Of a stretch of DNA of 64,000 nucleotides, positions 40,245-49,997 are shown piece after piece. The position numbers and the translations under genes were made by a program. The notes under the pieces were generated by a model that did no database searches, was not told where the DNA came from, and saw nothing but the letters and a program-made list of their open reading frames with translations. Source of the DNA: Myxococcota bacterium (GTDB lineage: Bacteria; Myxococcota_A; UBA9160; UBA6930); assembly GCA_965223705.1 (NCBI GenBank), contig OZ245015.1:1344001-1408000 (forward strand). Reading direction: 5' to 3'. The stretch's first letter is position 1. Each line of letters begins with the position of its first letter.

Positions 40245-41639
40245 ATGTTCCACGACTGGACCCTCCGAGAAATCGCGACTCGGGTTCGAACCGGCGAGGT
40301 GTCGGCTCGGGCCGTACAGGAAGCGACCTGGGCGAGAATCGAACGATTCGACCCGGACCTAAAGAGCTTCGCGACACCCACCCCGGAGCTCGCCATGCGC
40401 CAGGCGGAAGCCGTCGATGCGGCGATTGCGGCCGGTCGGACGAACCTGCCGCTCGCCGGAGTGCCCGTGGGCGTCAAGGATCTGTGCGCAACCCGCGACG
40501 CCCCGACCCACGCCGGAACGATCGCTTGTATGGACTGGAACCCCGGAGTCGACGCGACCGTCGTCGAGCGGCTTCGGGACGCCGGCGCTGTGCTCGTCGG
40601 AAAGCTCGTGACGACCGAAGCGGCGAGTGGCGTCCATCATCCGGAGATCAAGCCGCCGAAGAATCCGTGGCACGAGGGGTATTGGACGGGTGCGTCGTCG
40701 AGCGGATCCGGCGCAGCGACCGCGGCGGGTCTGTGCTCGGTCTCCCTCGGCTCCGACACCGGAGGATCGATTCGCTACCCGAGCGCTTGCTGCGGGCTCG
40801 TCGGGCTCAAGCCCACGTGGGGGCGTGTCAGCCGCTTCGGCGTGTTTCCACTCGCGGGTTCTCTCGACCACGTGGGGCCCATGGCGCGATCGGTGGACGA
40901 CGCGGCGGTCGTCCTCGACGTGCTTTCCGGTCGCGACGAGCGCGACCCGACGACTCTCACAGCGGTACCGCCGGTGGCCGTCGCGGAAACACGCGACTGG
41001 CCATCGCTTCGTGTCGGCTATGACGAGCGCTACTGCAGCGAGGGTGTCGCGCCCGAAGTTGCCGCCGCGATCGAGCGAGCGGTTTCAGTTCTCCGCGACG
41101 TGGGCGCGTCGATCCGACCGGTTCGCGTGCCGGAACGAGACGAAACGATCCCCGCGTGGCTCGTCTTATGCGCGGTTGAAGCCGTGGCGGCTCACGAGGG
41201 GTCCTACCCCGAGCGAGCGGAGCAGTACGGGCCGGGCCTCACCGCACTGCTCGAGTACGGTCGCAAGCAGACCCACGCCGAGGTGGCGCGCGCGTCAGAG
41301 GATCGCGTAGCGGCGCGGCGAGATTGGGAAGCGCTTTTCCGCGACGTCGATCTCATCATCACTCCCAGCATGTTTTACACGACGCCGACGCTCGAGCAGG
41401 GGAGGCAGCAGATGCGCGGGGAGGGGATGCGTCGTCTAGTCCGCTTTACCGCCCCTGCAAACCTGACGGGCTTACCGACCTTGTCGCTGCCGGCGGGCCT
41501 CGATGGGGAAGGCGTTCCCTACGGCTACCAGCTCGTCGGTCGCCCCCTCGGCGAGTCGGAACTCTGTCGGGTGGGCACTGCGCTCGAGGCGGTGATCGAG
41601 TTCCCAAAGCTGTGGGATCGTCGCCCTTCTTTTAGCTAG
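40245..41639 (+). CDS. Amidase-signature family amidase
   Basis: GVPVGVKDL, GASSSGSG, GSDTGGSIRYPSACCG..GLKPT. ATG 40245 lies 6 nt after TACGCT. Confidence 0.92.
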   Translation: MFHDWTLREIATRVRTGEVSARAVQEATWARIERFDPDLKSFATPTPELAMRQAEAVDAAIAAGRTNLPLAGVPVGVKDLCATRDAPTHAGTIACMDWNPGVDATVVERLRDAGAVLVGKLVTTEAASGVHHPEIKPPKNPWHEGYWTGASSSGSGAATAAGLCSVSLGSDTGGSIRYPSACCGLVGLKPTWGRVSRFGVFPLAGSLDHVGPMARSVDDAAVVLDVLSGRDERDPTTLTAVPPVAVAETRDWPSLRVGYDERYCSEGVAPEVAAAIERAVSVLRDVGASIRPVRVPERDETIPAWLVLCAVEAVAAHEGSYPERAEQYGPGLTALLEYGRKQTHAEVARASEDRVAARRDWEALFRDVDLIITPSMFYTTPTLEQGRQQMRGEGMRRLVRFTAPANLTGLPTLSLPAGLDGEGVPYGYQLVGRPLGESELCRVGTALEAVIEFPKLWDRRPSFS

Positions 41640-42688
41640 GAACCCAGCGCCCGCAGCCGCGGAACGACGTCGCGTCCGAAGCTCACCGTGTCTTCGTAGT
41701 AATCGGAGTAGCTCATCAACACGCCGTCGATGCCCTCGCTGTGTAGCCGATGGAGTTGTTCGGCGACCTGTTCCGGGTTTCCGATCACCGGAAGAGCGCC
41801 CGCGCCGAGCGCGAGCATCTCCAAGGTGTGATCATCGAACGATCCGCTCTGAATACCGAGCTCTTTCGCCCAGTTGTTGACCGCCGTCCAGTCGATGTGC
41901 CGGATGATGCGATCACGCTCGCGCAGGGCTTCGTCTTCGGTCTCGCGGCAGATGACGATCACCGCCGCGACGCAGCGCACTTCGCGGCCAAAGTGCTTGG
42001 CGCGACGCTTGAAGTCGGCGGCGACTTCTTCACAACCTTCAAGGGTAGGAGGGCTCACGAACGCCCAATCGCACAGCTCTGCGACGGTGTTGCGGGCGTC
42101 CTCGGAGGAGCCGGCGTTGACGATCGGGGGAACGTGCTCCGGTTGGGGGCGAACGTAACCACCGCGGATGTTGTACCACTCGCATTCGTAATCGAAGGTT
42201 CCCGGCTCTTCGGTCCAGAGACCCTTGAGGATGCGAATAAAGTCGGAGGTCCTCTGGTAGCGGGCGCCGTGTTCGAGGACGTCCACCCCCATCATGCGGA
42301 ACTCTGAGGTGTTCCAGCCCGACACGATGTTGATGCCCCAACGTCCGCCGCTCATGTGGTCGAGCGTCGCACCCATCTTGGCAGCGACGACCGGGTTGAA
42401 CACCGGCACGTGAACGGTCGAAAAAATTTGGATGCGTTCGGTCCCGACCAAGAGGCCCGACGCCCAAGTCATGGTTTCGAGCGAGGTGCCCAAGAAGTTG
42501 GTCTCGCCGCCGAATCCCCACCAACGGCTCACTGGAAAGAGAAAATCGAAGCCAGCCGCTTCTGCCGCACGCGCGACGCGCAAGTTCTCGTCGAAGGTCC
42601 AGTCGTCGGGGTTCGGCTTGTGGGTGCTGATGCTCGGCATATTGCTGCAGTTGGGCATAAAGATGCCGAGCTTCAAACGGTCGGGCAT
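41636..42688 (-). CDS. Luciferase-like flavin-dependent monooxygenase (RutA/SfnG-like)
   Basis: LGIFMPN, ARAAEAAGFDF, RW.GFGG, AKMGATLDHMSGGRWGINIVSGW, NAGSS. Confidence 0.88.
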   Translation of the reverse strand: MPDRLKLGIFMPNCSNMPSISTHKPNPDDWTFDENLRVARAAEAAGFDFLFPVSRWWGFGGETNFLGTSLETMTWASGLLVGTERIQIFSTVHVPVFNPVVAAKMGATLDHMSGGRWGINIVSGWNTSEFRMMGVDVLEHGARYQRTSDFIRILKGLWTEEPGTFDYECEWYNIRGGYVRPQPEHVPPIVNAGSSEDARNTVAELCDWAFVSPPTLEGCEEVAADFKRRAKHFGREVRCVAAVIVICRETEDEALRERDRIIRHIDWTAVNNWAKELGIQSGSFDDHTLEMLALGAGALPVIGNPEQVAEQLHRLHSEGIDGVLMSYSDYYEDTVSFGRDVVPRLRALGS

Positions 42689-42713
42689 GGGCGAAAGCTT
42701 TCGACTCTGACGG

Positions 42714-43289
42714 TCAGGCGAGATCGGCCGCCAGCGCGTCGCGCGTGGCTCCTTCGATTGCTTGATCCCGCCGGTAGTTCGGGTGCTCGACGACGAGTCT
42801 GACCGGCACGCTGGGATCGGCGAACCGCGCGGCGCGTTCCGGTCCCAAGGGAAAACGCACGAACTGGACCGCGGAAATGCGGTCTTCTTCGAACTGTTTT
42901 TCATCGAATGTGGCGCGTACGCGATCATCACCGATCAGCATCGAGACGTGTTCGTCGATCCCCACCAGGCGATCGAGCTCGCTGCGAATCTCCGAACCGT
43001 CCGTGATCTCGATCATCATCGTCGCCGAAAGCTCGTGGTCGCCGGGGATGAGTTCGTTGTAGACCCGGACTTCGTGAGCGATGGCTTCTTCGTCGACGGT
43101 TCGCTCCGCGCGCGTCATTTCCTGAATCTGAAACATCACGGTGTCTCGATTCTCGAAGATGAAGGTCAGGCGATCGCCGACGAACACGCGCCGGTGTGCC
43201 TTCTCGGCAATCACGCGCTTGAGATATTCGGGACGCACTTTTTCGTAGGCGACCAGGTCGAGAATCTCGTCGGGGGACACTTTCCTCAC
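42714..43289 (-). CDS. DUF3501 family protein
   Basis: YEKVR, RRVFVG, FEN..T..FQIQEM.R.E, YNELIP, ATMMIE, SAVQF; rubrerythrin context. Confidence 0.88.
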   Translation of the reverse strand: MRKVSPDEILDLVAYEKVRPEYLKRVIAEKAHRRVFVGDRLTFIFENRDTVMFQIQEMTRAERTVDEEAIAHEVRVYNELIPGDHELSATMMIEITDGSEIRSELDRLVGIDEHVSMLIGDDRVRATFDEKQFEEDRISAVQFVRFPLGPERAARFADPSVPVRLVVEHPNYRRDQAIEGATRDALAADLA

Positions 43290-44551
43290 GACGCATCTCC
43301 GAGTCCGTAGGCATCCCGCAAGAGCACCACGGGGTGGACGGCGCGGTGCCCCGTGCCCTCCTCAATGCGCAGCGCGGCCAACGGACAGTCGGTTGCCACA
43401 TGGTCCGGGTCGAGGTTTCGAACGCCCTCGAGGAGTTTCGCCGCCACCTTGTGGCTCTGGTCGTACCAACGGGCTTTCATTCCCCAGGTCCCGTCGACGC
43501 CCGAGCAGTTGTCGAGCATTTCGATTTCTTCAGCGCCGGCGAACTTGAGCAGCTGACGCGACCGGAAGCCGATGTTCTGGGATTTCAAATGACAGGGCAG
43601 GTGATATGCGACCTTGCCCAAGCGGGTCGGAAACTCCCGCTTGAGTTTCTTCTCCCGTCCGAGTCCGTACAAGAATTCCCCGATGTCGAACGTGTTCTCC
43701 GCGACGAGGCGCGCATCGTCCGTGCCGAGAAGCTCGGGGTACTCCTGCTTCATTTGGAGCGAGCAGGTCGGCCCCGGGACGACGACGGGGTAACCCTCGC
43801 GAACCCGTGGCACGAGCGAGGCTACGACTTTCTCGGCGTTCTTCTTCGCCTGGCCGAGGTCACCGCCGTGCAAGAAGGGGGCTCCGCAACAGCGATCATA
43901 CGCCGGTTCCACAGAAACCCCGTTGTGTTCGAGAACTTCCACCGCGGCGCGCGCGGTTTCGGCTTCCGCATATTCGACGAAGCAGGTTTGAAAAAGCAGA
44001 ACGTGGCCGTTCTCTCCGGGCACCGCTTGGGTCGGGCGAAGCTCTTTCGATGCGGGCTTCGATCCGTAGCGCGGCATCAGCCAGCGGCGATCGATCCCGG
44101 TGCCTTTCTCCATCAGCGTTCGCACGGCGCGGTTCTTGAACGCGGCGTTCGTCATCGACGATGTGAGACATGACACGCGGCCCATCATGTCCTGCCGCAT
44201 CCCGACGCGCTCCGCGAGCGGAATGCCTTCCTCCTGCGCCTGAACCACTTTCGCTCGGTTCATGAGCTTCGGGAAATCGATCTGCCACTCGTGCGGAGGA
44301 TGGTAGGGGCAGTGGTTGTAGCAGAGCTTGCACTGGTAGCAGAGGTCGATGACCTCGCGGGTTTCTGCCGCGGTGAGGTCGCTCGCTTTTTGCTCGTGGC
44401 GATCGATGGCCTCGAACAGCGACGGGAACGACGGACAGAGCGGCAGGCACCGCCGGCAGTCGTGACAGTGCTCGAACACCCGCGTCAGCTCACCGTCGAG
44501 GGACGCGCGCTCGAGAAAGTCCGGGTCGGAGAATTCGGGGTTCTTGCCCAT
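43286..44551 (-). CDS. Rubrerythrin-associated Fe-S oxidoreductase (4Fe-4S + CCG domains)
   Basis: [41 protein letters not shown]. Confidence 0.88.
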   Translation of the reverse strand: MGKNPEFSDPDFLERASLDGELTRVFEHCHDCRRCLPLCPSFPSLFEAIDRHEQKASDLTAAETREVIDLCYQCKLCYNHCPYHPPHEWQIDFPKLMNRAKVVQAQEEGIPLAERVGMRQDMMGRVSCLTSSMTNAAFKNRAVRTLMEKGTGIDRRWLMPRYGSKPASKELRPTQAVPGENGHVLLFQTCFVEYAEAETARAAVEVLEHNGVSVEPAYDRCCGAPFLHGGDLGQAKKNAEKVVASLVPRVREGYPVVVPGPTCSLQMKQEYPELLGTDDARLVAENTFDIGEFLYGLGREKKLKREFPTRLGKVAYHLPCHLKSQNIGFRSRQLLKFAGAEEIEMLDNCSGVDGTWGMKARWYDQSHKVAAKLLEGVRNLDPDHVATDCPLAALRIEEGTGHRAVHPVVLLRDAYGLGDAS

Positions 44552-44569
44552 GGATGCACCGGGAAGGCT

Positions 44570-44600
44570 GAGACGCCGGGGAAACCATCCCCGACGTCTC
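44570..44600 (-). terminator. 13-bp hairpin between rubrerythrin and the Fe-S oxidoreductase
   Basis: Minus strand GAGACGTCGGGGA-TGGTT-TCCCCGGCGTCTC (one G-U pair); no U-tract. Confidence 0.55.
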
Positions 44601-44605
44601 GCAAA

Positions 44606-45031
<426 letters not shown>

Positions 45032-45038
45032 CGGTCCG

Positions 45039-45509
45039 TTACTCCTCCTGATGAGACCGGGTTGGGGAGGCCGAAGCACGGGGCTCCGACCCGACAGGGT
45101 CGTTCCGACAAGCGGAACAGATCCCGAAGAAATCGACGGCGACCCGCGTAACCGCGACGCCGCGAGCGCGCTCGAGGCGACGCGCAATTCGCGAGCGGTG
45201 CTGCCTCGGGATATCGATGATCGAGCGGCAACGCTCGCAGATGAAATGATCGTGGGGCGCGACATTGCCGTCATAACGCGTTCCGCCGGGAGCGCCCCGC
45301 ACGGTGCGCACCGAGCCGTCGGCCACCAAGATCTCGAGGTTTCGGTACACGGTGCCGAGGGAGAGCTTCGGAAGTTCGCGCTGAAGCGCACCGTGGAGCT
45401 CGGCCGCCGTGGGGTGGCTCGGATCCGAGCGCAAATGCGCGAGAATCTCTTCGCGTTGTCGCGAGTGGTTCCGACGACGGGGTTCGGTACGCGCGGGGGG
45501 GAGCGGCAC
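45039..45509 (-). CDS. perR: Fur-family repressor, PerR-like
   Basis: HPTA, LGTVYRNL, RYD...HDHFICERC..IIDI (Asp at the PerR-type position), CSAC; heads the rubrerythrin operon. Confidence 0.75.
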   Translation of the reverse strand: MPLPPARTEPRRRNHSRQREEILAHLRSDPSHPTAAELHGALQRELPKLSLGTVYRNLEILVADGSVRTVRGAPGGTRYDGNVAPHDHFICERCRSIIDIPRQHRSRIARRLERARGVAVTRVAVDFFGICSACRNDPVGSEPRASASPTRSHQEE

Positions 45510-45548
45510 GCTTCCGAGCCTAGCTCGGGGAGCCCGAAGCAGAAACCG

Positions 45549-45571
45549 AAAGAAGGATCTTTTCCTGTTTT
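45549..45571. promoter_or_regulatory. AT-rich imperfect inverted repeat, candidate PerR operator
   Basis: AAAGAAGGA-TCTTT-TCCTGTTTT lies in the divergent promoter region, about 40-60 nt upstream of perR. Confidence 0.4.
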
Positions 45572-45619
45572 TAGCCGAAGTCCGGGGGGCGGGTCCCCCA
45601 GTCTTGCTAGCCTGTCGCG

Positions 45620-46009
45620 ATGGCTCGGAGAACCGCCGTGTGCCTTGCTCTCGGATGGGTCGCAGGGGTGCTTTTCGGCTGTGCGGGAGGCGCCTCGACG
45701 CCGCGGATCGGGCAAGTGGGCGCGCCGCCGCCGTGCGCGCACGCCGGGGATTGGGATGCGGCCAAGGCCTACGCCAACGATGTCCTCGTCGAGGCCCGAA
45801 CCCGGCGCAAGATGCTCGAGCTCGGGGTAAATGACGCGATGGCTCCCATGGCGAAGAAACGCTGGGAGAGCTGCGGCCTCTCGAGGGCGTCGGACACGAT
45901 TTATCAGAATCTGGAGATGATCTGCCCCGACCGCGACGTGCCCATCTCGGAGCTCCGGGCGATGGCCTTCACCGAGTTCGTGGCCTGTGACACGCGCATG
46001 CCTGGATGA
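45620..46009 (+). CDS. Hypothetical lipoprotein (Cys-containing)
   Basis: Signal peptide with lipobox LFGC; TAGCCT 6 nt before the ATG. Confidence 0.65.
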   Translation: MARRTAVCLALGWVAGVLFGCAGGASTPRIGQVGAPPPCAHAGDWDAAKAYANDVLVEARTRRKMLELGVNDAMAPMAKKRWESCGLSRASDTIYQNLEMICPDRDVPISELRAMAFTEFVACDTRMPG

Positions 46010-46069
46010 GCCTGGCGCTCGGTCCGGTCTCGACGACCCCCCATCGGTCGCGTAAGTTCACCTCGCTCT

Positions 46070-46145
46070 GCACGAGTAGCTCAGCTGGTAGAGCATCACG
46101 TTGCCAACGTGAGGGTCGCCGGTTCGAATCCGGTCTCGTGCTCCA
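46070..46145 (+). tRNA. tRNA-Gly(GCC)
   Basis: Acceptor stem GCACGAG/CTCGTGC, D-arm GCTC/GAGC, anticodon arm TCACG-TTGCCAA-CGTGA, GGTTCGAATCC T-loop, encoded CCA, U73. Confidence 0.97.
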
Positions 46146-46153
46146 GATTTCAA

Positions 46154-46188
46154 AGAACGCCCTCGGTCGTCGTTACCGAGGGCGTTCT
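46154..46188 (+). terminator. 14-bp hairpin downstream of tRNA-Gly
   Basis: AGAACGCCCTCGGT-N7-ACCGAGGGCGTTCT. Confidence 0.65.
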
Positions 46189-46402
46189 CGATCTCAGCTC
46201 AGCTAAGAACTTCGGCTTGGCTAGAACCTCTCGTTCGGCGTCTTCGACCGGTCCCGCGGCCTCTCGGGTTTCGGGCATCGAGTCTTCCCCTGGTTCCGAG
46301 AATGCCCCGTCCGACACAGAACTGTGATCTAGGGACGGGTCATCGACGCGGGCCGTTTCGATTCGATGGGTGTTACTCTCGTCCGGAGGCGAGGAGAGTC
46401 CT

Positions 46403-46540
46403 ATGGCGTCGGCTTCATGCACCGGAGGGTGCGCCTGCAGAGCGATTCGCTTCGAGAGCGCGACGGGAGGGCGGTTCGCTGCGAACGTCTCCGCGAACGT
46501 CTGGTTGGACGGCCCGTCGTGGGAGCAGGTATCTCCATGA
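46403..46540 (+). pseudogene. Internally deleted GFA/Mss4-like (glutathione-dependent formaldehyde-activating) gene remnant, 45 aa
   Basis: Not in the ORF track. GAGGAG upstream; MASASCTGGCACRAIRFE matches the GFA N-terminal motif, but CHCxxC and the core are absent. Stop overlaps the MOSC ATG. Confidence 0.6.
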
Positions 46541-47391
46541 GTGTCGTCGGCCGGCTCCAGACCATTTGGCGTTACCCGGTGAAATCCATGATGGGCGAGG
46601 AGCTTCCGTCGTGTCGCGTGGAGGAGGACGGGATTCCGGGCGACCGAGGATTCGCGTTGCACGACGCCGTCCAGGTCCGCGGCGCGAAGAAGTTCCCCGT
46701 CTTGATGCAGTGCCGTGCGCGCTACGACGGTGAGCCGTCCGATGGGACGACGCCGCCGGTTGTGGTCGAGCTGCCCGACGGAAACCGCGTGCGCAGCGAC
46801 GCCGCGGGGATCGATGTGGCCCTCGCCGACCTGGTCGGCAAAGACGTGAAGCTCTACCCGCGGCTCCCGGCCGATGCGGAGGACCACTACCGGCGCAACG
46901 AGCGCCTCGACGCCGCCGGGGCGCGGGAAGTGTTCGGGCGCAAGCCCGACGAGCCTCTGCCGGACCTCTCGATCATGCCGGGGGATGTCCTCGCCGAGCT
47001 GCGCGACTTCGCGACGCCGCGGGGCACGTACTTCGATGCGTTTCCGATCCACTTCCTGACGACGAGTTGGCTTGCAGCGCTTTCGGAAGCGAACCCCGAC
47101 GGGCGCTTCGAGGCGCCGCGTTTTCGCCCGAACTTCCTCATCGACGGCGCGGAGCCCGGGTTCGCCGAAGAGGGCTGGTGCGGGAAGCGCTTGCGCATCG
47201 GAAGTGTCGTCCTCTCGTGCGACACACCGACGATTCGTTGCTCGATGACGGCACAGCAGACGGAGGATCTGCCGAAGGACGCGAAAGTACTTCGCACCAT
47301 CGTCGAAGCGTCGAACCAGAACGTCGGCGCGTACGCACGCGTCGTTTCCTCCGGTAGCTGCCGCGTCGGCGACGACGTCGAGCTCCTCTAG
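46537..47391 (+). CDS. MOSC domain protein (YcbX/mARC-like)
   Basis: IWRYPVKSM.GE, GDRGFAL, FDAFPIH, RFRPN, RCSM, GAYARV..G.CRVGD. Confidence 0.9.
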   Translation: MSVVGRLQTIWRYPVKSMMGEELPSCRVEEDGIPGDRGFALHDAVQVRGAKKFPVLMQCRARYDGEPSDGTTPPVVVELPDGNRVRSDAAGIDVALADLVGKDVKLYPRLPADAEDHYRRNERLDAAGAREVFGRKPDEPLPDLSIMPGDVLAELRDFATPRGTYFDAFPIHFLTTSWLAALSEANPDGRFEAPRFRPNFLIDGAEPGFAEEGWCGKRLRIGSVVLSCDTPTIRCSMTAQQTEDLPKDAKVLRTIVEASNQNVGAYARVVSSGSCRVGDDVELL

Positions 47392-47399
47392 TCGGACGC

Positions 47400-47789
47400 A
47401 TGCAGGAATCCGAAGCCACGACGCGCGGCGTCCGCGTTCATGTCCGTTCCTTCTTTCTCCCGGATCGCTCCGATCCCGCAAATGGCCAGTGGCTCTTCGC
47501 CTACCGCGTCACCGTTGCGAATGAAGGACACGACACGGTGCAGCTCATCAGTCGGCACTGGACGATCGTCGACGGCAACGGTGAGCGAGAAGAAGTGCGC
47601 GGGCCCGGTGTCGTGGGCGAGCAACCGGTGCTAGCGCCGGGAGAACGTTTCGAATACACCTCTGGATGTCCTCTCGGCACACCCGTCGGGACCATGACTG
47701 GCTCGTACCAGATGCGGCTGCCGGACGGCACGATGTTCGACGCGGAGATCGCCACGTTCACGCTCGCGGAAAATCGAGCACTTCACTAG
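47400..47789 (+). CDS. apaG: ApaG/CorD protein
   Basis: FAYRVTV.N, VQLISRHW.I.D, EEVRGPGVVGEQP, FEYTSGCPL.TP.GTM.GSY. Confidence 0.96.
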   Translation: MQESEATTRGVRVHVRSFFLPDRSDPANGQWLFAYRVTVANEGHDTVQLISRHWTIVDGNGEREEVRGPGVVGEQPVLAPGERFEYTSGCPLGTPVGTMTGSYQMRLPDGTMFDAEIATFTLAENRALH

Positions 47790-47796
47790 AGGCGCC

Positions 47797-48012
47797 ATGG
47801 CAGCAGGAGAACTGATCGCTTTCGGGTGGATGGCGAGCGCACTGGGGACTGCCGTCGTTGCGCAATCGAAGAACCGCGGCGGGTGCGCGTGGTTCTTCGC
47901 GGGCCTTGTCGGAGGTCCCGTGGGCCTCCTGGCAGCGATCTTGATGCCGAAGGCACCGGAGCCGGGGAGCGGCGAGGCGACCGCGGACGCGAACCGCGAT
48001 CCACCGGACTAG
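47797..48012 (+). CDS. Small two-TM membrane protein
   Basis: GAGG upstream; A.SKNR....WFF.GL..GP.GLL pattern with two hydrophobic segments. Confidence 0.6.
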   Translation: MAAGELIAFGWMASALGTAVVAQSKNRGGCAWFFAGLVGGPVGLLAAILMPKAPEPGSGEATADANRDPPD

Positions 48013-49193
48013 CCGAGGACGCCTTCCTCCCGGAGGCGTCCCAGCTCGGCGTCTCCGAGACCCAAATCACGCAGGACCTCGTCGGTATGCTCGCCGAGGC
48101 TCGGCGCCTGCCGTCGCAAACGGGTCGGTGTCTCGGAGAAACGCGCCGCTGCCCGCGTGTGTCGGATGGTGCCCGCCACGGGATGCTCGGTTTCGACGAT
48201 GAGTTCGTTCTGCTCGATCTGGGGATGATCGATGACCTCGCGCCGCCGCAACACCGGGGCACAGGGAACCGACTCCGCTTCGAGCCGCTCGAGCCAGTAG
48301 TCCGTCGTGTTGGTAGCGAAAACCTCCGCCATCGCCTGCAAGCGGTCTTCGACGTTCGCCATACGGTCCGACGCGGTCTTGAAGCGAGGATCGTCGAGCC
48401 ACTGCGGTTGGTTCAAGGCGCGGGTCATGCCGAGCCATTCGGCATCGGAGACCGCGCCCGCGGTCACGTAGCCGTCCCGGGTTTCGAAGATGAGATCTTG
48501 AGACAACGAGATCCGTTCGCCGTGGGCGCCCTCACCGACGAACGTGAAACCCGTCATGCCCTCGGTCCACAAGAACGAGACCATCGCGTCGAGCATGGCG
48601 AGACGAACGTGTTGCCCCTTGCCGGTGCGCTCGCGCGAAAGGAGGGCGGCCGTGATGGCCTGGGCGGAAGTCATCGCCGTGAGCTTGTCCGGAACGATGA
48701 GGCGCACCATCTGCGGTCGCCCGGTCTCCCGGTTGCGTTGGATGTCTGCCAGGCCCGACAGCGATTGGATGATGGGGTCGTACACGCGCTTGTTCGCGTA
48801 CGGCCCGCTTTCGCCAAAACCGCTGATCGAGACGTAGATCAGGTTCGGGTTGACCGTCCGCAACGCGTCTTCTCCGATGCCCATGCGCTCGGCGGCTCCG
48901 GGGCGGAAGTTCTGCACGAAGACGTCGGCCGTCGCCACGAGTTGCTTCAGCAGGGCGACTCCGCTCTCTTGCTTGAGGTCGAGCACGACCGAACGCTTGT
49001 TGCGGTTCGCGGTCAAGAACGCCGCCGAGAGCCCGCCCCGTTTTGCGCCGAGAAACCGCACGAGATCGCCCGTGCCCGGCATTTCGATCTTGATGACGTC
49101 GGCGCCTTGGTCGCCGAGAAGCATCGTGCCGAGGGGCCCCGAGATCATGGTGGTTGCGTCGATCACGCGATAGCCGTCGAGCGGTCCGGTCAT
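48009..49193 (-). CDS. CaiB/BaiF class III CoA-transferase
   Basis: GPLDGYRVID, GADVIKIE, NRNKRS, ADVFVQNFRPG, SISGFG..GP, APSLGEHT. Confidence 0.93.
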   Translation of the reverse strand: MTGPLDGYRVIDATTMISGPLGTMLLGDQGADVIKIEMPGTGDLVRFLGAKRGGLSAAFLTANRNKRSVVLDLKQESGVALLKQLVATADVFVQNFRPGAAERMGIGEDALRTVNPNLIYVSISGFGESGPYANKRVYDPIIQSLSGLADIQRNRETGRPQMVRLIVPDKLTAMTSAQAITAALLSRERTGKGQHVRLAMLDAMVSFLWTEGMTGFTFVGEGAHGERISLSQDLIFETRDGYVTAGAVSDAEWLGMTRALNQPQWLDDPRFKTASDRMANVEDRLQAMAEVFATNTTDYWLERLEAESVPCAPVLRRREVIDHPQIEQNELIVETEHPVAGTIRHTRAAARFSETPTRLRRQAPSLGEHTDEVLRDLGLGDAELGRLREEGVLG

Positions 49194-49196
49194 GGT

Positions 49197-49901
49197 TCAC
49201 TCCGAGGCGACGGCGCTCGCGGAATCGAGACGCCATCGACTCCGAAGGGTCGGCTGCGTGAGCGCCTCGCGCAAGGTCGCCAAGTAGCGGCTGCGCGACC
49301 ATTCCGAAACGCCAAAGCGGCGGAGGTGGGGGTTGTCGATTTGGCAGTCAAAGAGCGTGAAGTCCCAGCGCACGAGCTGGCGCACGAGGGTGACCCAAGC
49401 GGCCTTCGATGCATCGCGCTCGCGGTGAAACATCGATTCGCCGAAGAACGCCCGGCCCAGTGAGACTCCGTAGATTCCGCCGACGAGCTCCCCGTCTCGC
49501 CACGCTTCGCAAGAATGGGCGAAGCCCAAGGCGAACAACGCCTCGTAGGCGCGGATCATGTCCCGGTTGATCCACGTGCCGTCTTGCCCACGACGAGGCG
49601 TCTTTGCGCACGCGCGGATGACCTCGTCGAAGGCTCTGTCGAGCGTGACCTCGAATGCGCCTTGTCGCAGGGTTCGATCCAGCCGCCGCGGCACGTGGAG
49701 TTCGGCGGGAACGACGACCGCTCGCGGATCGGGGGAGAACCACAGGATCGGCGGCTCATCGAACCAGGGGAAGATTCCGTTCGCGTAGGCGAGGATCAGG
49801 CGCTCGGGCGCGAGATCGCCCCCGACGGCGAGCAGGCCGCTGTCGTCGGCTTCTTCGGGGTCCGGGAAGACGATCTCGGTGCCCAGCTGATACACCGTCA
49901 T
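49197..49901 (-). CDS. aat: Leucyl/phenylalanyl-tRNA--protein transferase
   Basis: GLLAVGGDL, AY.NGIFPWF, WFSPDPR, TWI, AHSCE.W, FFGESMFH, ASKAA. Confidence 0.96.
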   Translation of the reverse strand: MTVYQLGTEIVFPDPEEADDSGLLAVGGDLAPERLILAYANGIFPWFDEPPILWFSPDPRAVVVPAELHVPRRLDRTLRQGAFEVTLDRAFDEVIRACAKTPRRGQDGTWINRDMIRAYEALFALGFAHSCEAWRDGELVGGIYGVSLGRAFFGESMFHRERDASKAAWVTLVRQLVRWDFTLFDCQIDNPHLRRFGVSEWSRSRYLATLREALTQPTLRSRWRLDSASAVASE

Positions 49902-49997
49902 TTCGCGATGGTACCGGCTGACCGGGAGTCAGCTCGGCGCTCCGGTTCGTCGCGTCGGGCTGCTATTCTCGACGCCACTGATTCACGAGGCAAAAGC

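Noticed and set aside
46150..46278. 42-aa minus-strand ORF (MPETREAAGPVEDAEREVLAK...) with AGGGG upstream
   Set aside because: It runs through the tRNA terminator hairpin and has no recognisable family. It could be a remnant, but I cannot support that.
46070..48012. tRNA-Gly as an integration site for a genomic island
   Set aside because: I saw no integrase, no duplicated tRNA 3' end and no obvious compositional shift; only small gene remnants follow the tRNA.
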